A DNA stretch of 64,000 bases from assembly GCF_009914755.1 (NCBI RefSeq), contig NC_060931.1. One strand, written 5' to 3'. Within the stretch, counting starts at the first letter, position 1. Each line of letters begins with the position of its first letter. Below the pieces are notes generated by a model that saw only the letters and a list, made by a program, of their open reading frames with translations, was not told the origin of the DNA and did no database searches. This DNA is from the human T2T-CHM13v2.0 reference genome, Homo sapiens. The position numbers and the translations under genes are program-made. Of the stretch, positions 56,445-64,000 are shown piece by piece.

Positions 56445-57925
56445 GAATGCATGGATAGGAAGAATCAGTATTGTGCACATGGCCATATTGCCCAAGGTAA
56501 TTTATAGATTAACGCTATTCCCATTAAACTACCATTGACATTCTTCACAGAATTAGAAAAACTATTTTAAAATTCGTATGGAACCAAAAAAGAGCCTGAA
56601 TAGCCAAGACAATTGTAAGCAAAGAGAACAAAGCTGGAGGCATCACCCCACCTGACTTCAAACTATCCTGCAAGACTACAGTAACCAAAACAGCATGGTA
56701 CTGGTACAAGAACACACACAAAGACCAATGTAACAGAATAGAGAACTCAGAAATAAGACCGCACACCTACAACCATCTGATCTTTGACAAACCTGACAAA
56801 AACAATCAGTGGGAAAGAATTCCCTATTTAATAAATGGTGCTGGGAGAGCTAGCTAGCCATATGCAAAAATTGAAACTGGACCTCTTCCTTACACCAAAT
56901 ACCAAAACTAACTCAAGATAGATCAAGACTATCATCAGAGTGAACAGACAACCTACAGAATGGGAGAAAATATTTGCAGTCTCTCCATCTGACAAAGGTC
57001 TAATATCTAGAGTCTACAAGGAACTTAAACAAATTTACAAGAAAAAAAATCCCATTAAAAAGTGGGCAAAGGACATGAACAGACACTTTTCAAAAGAAGA
57101 CATACACGTGGCCAGAAAATATTTGAAAAAGCTCGGCATCACTGATCATTAGAGAAATGTAAATCAAAACTACAATGAGATACCATCTCACACACCAGTC
57201 AGAATGGGTATAATTAAAGCATCAAAAAACAACAGATACTGATGAGGTTGAAGAGAAAAAGGAACACTTTTATACGTTGGTGGGAGTGTAATTTAGTTCA
57301 GCCTTGTGGAAGACAGTGTGGTGATTTCTCAAAGACCTAGAGGCAGAAATACCATTTGACCGAGCAATCCCATTACTGAGTATATACCCAAAAGAATATA
57401 AATCTTCAATTATAAAAATACATGTATGCATATGTTCATTGCAGCACAGTTCACAATAGCAAAAACATGGAATCAACCCAAATGCCCATCAATGATAGAG
57501 TAGATAAAGAAAATGTGGTACATATGCACCATGGAATACTATGCAGCTGTAAAAAGGAACGAGATCATGCCCTTTGCAGGATCATGGGTGGAGCTGGAAG
57601 CCATTATTCTCAGCAAACTAATGCAGAAACAGAAAACCAAACACTGCATGTTCTCACTTATAAGTGGGAGCTGAATGATGAGAACACATGGACACATTGT
57701 GAGGGGAAACTACACACACTGGGGCCTGTGGGAGTGGGGTCAGGGGAGGGAGAGCATCAGGAGGAATAGCTAATGGGTGCTGGGATTAATATCTAGGTGA
57801 TGGATTGATCTGTGCAACAAACCACTGTGGCACATGTTTACCTGTGTAACAAACCTGCACATCCTGCACATGTACCCTTGAACTTAAAATAATAGTTGAA
57901 GAAAAAAAAATAAAAATTAAAAAAA
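56445..57925 (+). mobile_element. Primate L1PA 3' portion, about 1.5 kb, with an internal deletion near 56930
   Basis: ORF2 C-terminus ([12 protein letters not shown]...[17 protein letters not shown]), 3' UTR and A tail. Confidence 0.94.
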
Positions 57926-58519
57926 TTGATGAGCACAAAAATAGCTTTTTCAAAGCAATGTGAATGCATTAATATACTGAATCGTACACTTGAAAATGAG
58001 GAGCTGACAATTCTCTATGCCTGGTACGGCACTATCTAATAGATAGCCACATATAGCTAATTCACACTTGAAATGTGAATTTTATGTTATGTGTGTTTTA
58101 CCAGATATATTACCACAGATAACAACTTTTTGAAAACTGGGTTGTAGTCATGGAACTCCTGTTCTTCATTGGTATTTCTGAGGGAGCCGTTTTCTCTTTC
58201 CTGTCTATACCCTATGAACTTGTTTCTCTGGTCTCAGAATGTTTAGAGTTTTGAATTATTCCATATATGAGTTAGTTTATTCCTGTTCACTGAAAAGAGA
58301 GCAGTTAGATAACTGAATGGTATGCTTGAGTGAATGTAAAGGTGGATGTTCTCTTACTCTGTCTGACCCTTGCTAGTTTCTCAGCCAAACAAGAGCAATA
58401 TACAAAGCTCTTTCAAAATTTTGTAAATTTTTCTTTATTCGGGTCAGAGTAATCTCCAAAGAGTGTTTGTTATAAGTATGTCCCTGATGTATTCACTATC
58501 TGTGTGTGGGTATAGAGTC

Positions 58520-59070
58520 TAGCCAAACTGTCTGACAGAAATTTGTTCAAGTCACAAATGTGAGCCACATGTATTATTTTTAATTTCCTAGAAGATTAAA
58601 AGAGTAAAGTGAAACAAGTTAAAGTAATTTTAACCATGTATTTTATTTAATTAATTAATTTATTTTTTGAGACAGAGTCTCGCCCCATCACCCAGGCTAG
58701 AGTACGGTGGCATTATCTTGGTTCACTGCTGGGACTACAGGCACGCGCCACCAAACCTGGCTAATCTTTGTATCTTTAGTAGAGACAGGCTTTCACCATG
58801 TTGGCCAGGCAGGTCACAAACTCATGTGACCCATCCGCCTTGGCCTCCCAAAATGCTGAGATTACAGGCGTGAGCCACTGTGCTCAGCCCAACAATGTGT
58901 TTTATTTAACTCTATATATTCAATATATCATTTCAACATGTAGTAAAATTAAAATTATTAATGAGGTATTTTATATTTCATAGTATGTCTTCAAAAATCT
59001 GGTTTATTTTATATGTGCAGCACATTTCAAGTGTGAATTAGCTATATGTGGCTATCTATTAGATAGTGCC
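58520..59070. mobile_element. hAT-Charlie relic (MER33/MER3-like) split by an Alu
   Basis: aatgtgagccacatgta...; tcatttcaacatgtagtaaaattaaaattattaatgag; cacatttcaagtg...atgtggcta...tattagatagtgc. Confidence 0.75.
58641..58890 (-). mobile_element. Alu with internal deletion
   Basis: Reverse Alu. TSD aaccatgtattttatttaa / aacaatgtgttttatttaa. Confidence 0.9.
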
Positions 59071-61248
59071 GTACCAGGCATAGAGAATTGTCAGTTCCTC
59101 ATTTTATATTGTTTCTTGTGATGTCTTTTTTCTTTATTTTTTTTTCTTTCCATTAGTCTTTTTAAATTCTTATTCATGAATAGACTATCACTGAGCCAAT
59201 GATTTTCACTCACTGGATGTGAATAGCAGGCAGTTGTGAAGCACTCTTAGGTGGTTAGAGAATCACCAGAAACATTAGCTCGTAAAAACTATACATTCAA
59301 ATATTGTTTAAAACAATGTCATCAAATTTTATGTCAACAGACTTGAGTCCTAGTCCCAGTTCTTTCTGGTGCTTTGACTTTGGGCATATCACGTCATCTC
59401 TCTGAGCTTCACCTTCTTCACTTTAATCTGTGGACCCTGTAGATAGAACTTGTCTGTGTAGCATCTTGCATGGTGCTTATTTTCCAGTAAAATTCTCAAT
59501 AAATGTTTATTGTACCTGCATAATTGTTATGAAAAGGGACTTAGAATCTTAAATTTTCATCAATTCGGAATTTCAGAAATCAATGGGGACTTAGGGATCA
59601 TCTAGTGCCAGCTCCTAAACTGGGGTGAGGTTGTTGCCCAGTCAGCATTTGTTAGGTATACTGTAATGACAATGATGTAAGTTATAGGGCTTTGTGCAAC
59701 TGAATTAGTTTCAGAAAAGATATGTAAGTGCAAAGTATTATAACATTGGAGTTATGGTTCCCTGGATTTAGGTATGTAATGCTAATTGACATTAATGGGG
59801 GTTGTACATACTTCAAGGGGAGAACAGACCTATTATCGTATGAAAACATTCTCCTTTTAATAACCATCTGGTATGCTTTACTTCCCTGGGGCGTGTTCAC
59901 TTTTTATAAATTGAATGCATGCTTCTTTATCTTCATGTTCTTCAATCAGCATTTGAGTTTTCTGCTTGCTAGTGTTAGCTTGAACAACTGGCTGTATTGT
60001 AAATTTAATATTAGGATTTTATCTTGGTAAGTTTATCAGATTCAGAAATTTGATCACTTTTCTGAAATAAACTATTCTGAGTCAGAAGTAATCAGTGTGT
60101 CCCCTCTTCTGCTAAAATTTTGTTCTGTTTGTTGTTTGATCTTTAAAAAAAAAATAGTCCTTTGAGATATACTCAGAAACAAGATGTTTCTAATATTACA
60201 ATAAAACTATTAATGGGCTCATTATGTGGAAATGAAAATCTTATCTTTTTGTGTCAGTGATGACAGAAAAATACATAAGTGGCCTCCAATTATCTGTAAT
60301 TGTATGAGGATTTCTTTCATTTCTGTTATCTATCTTCCTGTTTAATCCCATCTGGCACAATTATTCTTTTTGTATTAGTTTTTTGTAAAGGAGTTCTGAA
60401 CAGTTTGAATTGTGAATTAGCGATTATTACAACCCTTATAACCCTCACAATCCTCCCGTCCACCTTCCTTCCCTTACCGTCATTTTCTCTCTCTCTTTAA
60501 GTAGAGGAAAACAAAGCCAGTTTCCTTGAGAGATTATTTTGTGATCTTTCTCAGCAAAAGAAAAAGATGTACTGTTTTTATAAGCATATCTATGAACAGC
60601 TGAGCAGTTATATCAACCCCGATATGTTTCTCTGTATATTAATACACAGAGAGCTAATAGTGCTCAGAGTGTTGCTTGAAAGTACCAAATATAACTAAGG
60701 ATAAATTAAGGTGCTGTACTTCCTAAAAAGTTACTTTTATGAGGCCCAGCTGTATAGCCTGGAACAATCTAGCAGTAGGAAAAGTGATTTAATGTAATTA
60801 AAATAAATGTACTTTGAACATTTGACCTTAAGTGGATTTAAATATATTTGTCACACTACCTGAGAATCATTGATAGAATGTCATGCAGTAAGATCAATAC
60901 CTATCCAACTTTACCATGCTCCCAGATGGGCCACCTGTATTTTTGTTTTTAACTTCCTTTTTATATGATTTCCATATCTCTTATAGCAGGATATTAAATT
61001 TCAGAGAATTAGGCCCTCAGCCAAATATTGATTTCCCCACTTTACTCCACCCCATCTCATCTAGGACTGGCTTCTAGCCCATCACTTAATATTCTTTTTC
61101 AGTTGATTCCCAGTTAGAATGATAAGCCAGAAGCCATATTCTTGGAGATGTTTTTCCTGTGGAAGTGATAGATTTTCATGGGACCATTTCCCTCCATCTT
61201 TTTTCCCACTTTTGTGATTCAAGGTAAAAGTATTTGAGAGGATCTGCC

Positions 61249-61955
61249 TGTTGACAAAAAGAATCAAACTGTAGAATATTTGAAGAGATTTATTCTGAGC
61301 CAAGTGTGAGCGACCAGTGGCCTGGGGCACAGTCTCAGGAGGTCCTAAGAACATGTGCCTAAGGTGGTTGGGCTACAGCTTGGAATTATACAATTTAAGG
61401 AGACATAGACATCAACCAATACATGTAAGATGTTGGTTTGGTCTGGAAAGGTGGGACAACTTGAAGGGGTGGGGGGCAGGGCTTCCAGGTCATAGGTGAA
61501 TTCAAGGATTTTCTAATTGGCAATTGGTTGAAAGAGTTAAATTGCTGTCTAAAGACCTAGAATCAATAGAAGGAATATCTGGGTTAAGACAAGAGATCCT
61601 GGAGACCAAGGTTCCCTTGATGCAGATTAAACCTTCAGGCAGCAGGCTTCAGAGAACAGACTGCAAATGTTTATCAGATTCCCAGTTGATTCTGTCTAGA
61701 AAAAAGGCCTGGAAAGGGAAGGGGATTCTACAGAATGTAGATTTTTTTCCCCCACAAGAGACAGCTTTGCAGGGCTATTTCAAGATTTGACAAAGAAACA
61801 TATTTGGGGTAAAATATTTTGATTTCCTTCCTTATATAATATCATGTGATGTTATGCCAGAGTCAGGTTGGAAAGTAAGTCATGTTATATAGAGTTAAAT
61901 AAAACCTCTCTGATGATACTTTATGGTTTGTAGAGTGTGTCTCCTCACGCCCTTG
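61249..61955 (-). mobile_element. ERV1 MER4-family LTR, apparently truncated at the right end
   Basis: tgttgacaaaaagaatcaaactgt...gagatttattctgagcca...ctcaggaggtcctaagaacatgtgcc is the characteristic MER4 end. Confidence 0.85.
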
Positions 61956-62261
61956 CTAAATCCAGGCCATGGTCCCAAGGAAGCCCACAGGTCCTGGTCC
62001 TTATGGTCAAATGTGTCAACAAATTGCCTCATTAGATGAGGTTAATTTTATGAATGTAATTATCTGTGGTTTTTATTTGTTTGTATTTGTCTTATTCCAA
62101 GACCTTCAAGGGGATCCCTGTTGCCTATTAGATTACATTGAAATTTCTCACTCTGACATTCAAAAATTCTGAAGAGTTGCACCCAATTTCTTCTAATCTC
62201 ATCTCCTATTTCTGCAGAAACTACATGCTGGTCAAGCTACCCTATCCTCTGAAAAAGAACG

Positions 62262-62570
62262 CAGCTTTATTGATATATAATTTGCATACCAAAATTCATG
62301 CGTTGTAGTGTACCATTTAAGGATTTTTAGTAAATTTGTAGAGTTGTGCACCACTACCACAATCCAATTTTAAACATCACCATTCCCCCAAAAGCCCCCT
62401 TGTGTCCAGTTACACCTAATCCTCACTCCCACTCCAACTACAAGAAACTACTAATCTACTTTCTGTCTTCATAGGTTGGTCTTTTCTGGATATTTCATAT
62501 AAATGGAATCATACAATATGTAGTCTTTAGCATCTTTTACCTAATATCATGTTTTTGAGGTTCATCTATC
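62262..62570 (-). mobile_element. L1M 3' fragment
   Basis: gctttattgatatataatttgcatacc...ggatatttcatataaatggaatcatacaatatg. Confidence 0.8.
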
Positions 62571-62592
62571 AGTTTTCCTCAGTGGTTGCTCC

Positions 62593-63196
62593 TTTTTATT
62601 TTATTTCCTCAACTTTTATCTTAGAATCAGGCAGTACCTGTGCAGGCTTGTTACAAAGGTATATTGCATGATGCTGAGGTTTGGAGTATGAATGAACCTG
62701 TCACCCAGGTAGTGAGCATAGTACCCGAGAGGTAGTTTTTCAACTCTTACCTCTCTTCCTTCCTCCCCACTCTTATATCGCTCCAGTGTCTGTTGTTCCT
62801 AACTTTATGTCCATATGTACCCAATGTTTAGTTCCTACTTATAAGTGAGAACATGCAATATTTGGTTTTCTGTTTGTGTGAGTTAAGTATAATGGCTTCC
62901 AGCTACATCCATGTTGCTGCAAAGATATGATTTCATTCTTTGTTTATGACTGCATAGTATTCCATGGTGTTTATATACCATAATTCCTTTAAAATTTTTT
63001 AAAAAAATAATTTCAACTTTTATTTTAGATTCAGGGAGTAGATGTGCAGATTTGTTACATGGGTATATTGAGTGATGCTGAGGTTTGGGGTATGGATCCT
63101 GTCACCCAGGTAGTGAACATGGTACCCAGTAGGTAGTTTTTCAACTCACACCTCCCTCTCTCCCCACTCTAATACTCCCAGTACCACATTTTCTTT
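62593..63196 (-). mobile_element. Two nested older primate L1 3' ends (62593-62990 and about 63005-63181)
   Basis: The same 3' terminal text (caacttttat...tgatgctgaggtttgg...tcacccaggtagtga) occurs twice. Confidence 0.85.
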
Positions 63197-63219
63197 TTTT
63201 TTTTTTGAGTTTTACTTTA

Positions 63220-64000
63220 TTTTTTTTTATTTTATTATTATTATACTTTAAGTTTTAGGGTACATGTGCACAATGTGCAGGTTAGTTACATATGTATACA
63301 TGTGCCATGCTGGTGTGCTGCACCCATTAACTCGTCATTTAGCATTAGTTATGTCTCCTAATGCTATCCCTCCCCCCTCCCCCCACCCCACAACAGTCGC
63401 CAGAGTGTGATATTCCCCTTCCTGTGTCCATGTGTTCTCATTGTTCAATTCCCATCTATGAGTGAGAACATGTGGTGTTTGGTTTTTTGTCCTTGCGATA
63501 GTTTACTGAGAATGATGATTTCCAATTTCATCCATGTCCCTACAAAGGACATGAACTCATCATTTTTTATGGCTGCGTAGTATTCCATGGTGTATATGTG
63601 CCACATTTTCTTAATCCAGTCTATCATTGTTGGACATTTGGGTTAGTTCCAAGTCTTTGCTATTGTGACTAGTGCCGCAATAGACATACGTGTGCATGTG
63701 TCTTTATAGCAGCATGATTTATAGTCCTTTGGGTATATACCCAGTAATGGGATGGCTGGGTCAAATGGTATTTCTAGTTCTAGATCCCTGAGGAATCGCC
63801 ACACCGACTTCCACAGTGGTTGAACTAGTTTACAGTCCCACCAACAGTGTAAAAGTGTTCCTATTTCTCCACATCCTCTCCAGCACCTGTTGTTTCCTGA
63901 CTTTTTAATGATTGCCATTCTAACTGGTGTGAGATGGTATCTCATTGTGGTTTTGTTTGAGCTTTCTACATATGGCTAGCCAGTTTTCCCAGCACCATTT
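63220..64000 (-). mobile_element. Young primate L1PA 3' portion, running off the window
   Basis: ORF 63643..63945 (-) [46 protein letters not shown] is the L1 ORF2 C-terminus. Internal deletion junction near 63957. Confidence 0.96.

Larger units (their letters stand above)
57993..59105. repeat. 85-bp inverted repeat pair (57993-58077 / 59021-59105) with a 943-bp spacer
   Basis: Base-by-base reverse-complement comparison gives 84/85 identity. Confidence 0.97.

Noticed and set aside
61249-62020. tgttgaca...tgtcaaca as terminal inverted repeats of a DNA transposon
   Set aside because: Only 8 bp. The left end is the normal MER4 LTR terminus and no TSD is evident.

Overview
Human (or very close primate) genomic DNA from the middle of BBS9 (PTHB1, BBSome core subunit), transcribed on the + strand. 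Nine coding exons are resolved to the base with GT-AG boundaries and matching phases: 810-886, 4498-4551, 8985-9087, 11135-11239, a 15-nt microexon at 12775-12789, 17771-17911, 27684-27779, 43582-43754 and 47904-48056. These are exons 11-19 by my recollection of the reference transcript numbering. The rest is intron, rich in repeats: 17 Alus, many L1/L2/MIR relics, ERV1 and MaLR LTRs, and hAT/Tigger DNA transposon relics. Most of the supplied ORFs are repeat-derived or chance. Notable observations: (1) a latent 144-nt poison exon with a GC donor one CpG transition away from a perfect GT donor (6144-6287); (2) an 85-bp, 84/85-identical inverted copy pasted about 1 kb from its template (57993-58077 vs 59021-59105), plus other local ~85-105 bp copy events; (3) a decayed RAB3IL1 processed pseudogene in intron 17; (4) two diverged direct repeats with Helitron-like 3' ends; (5) a near-pristine young AluY. 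I see no convincing evidence of a wholly new gene system. The items above are the best leads. Repeat family names come from remembered consensus sequences, not a database search.
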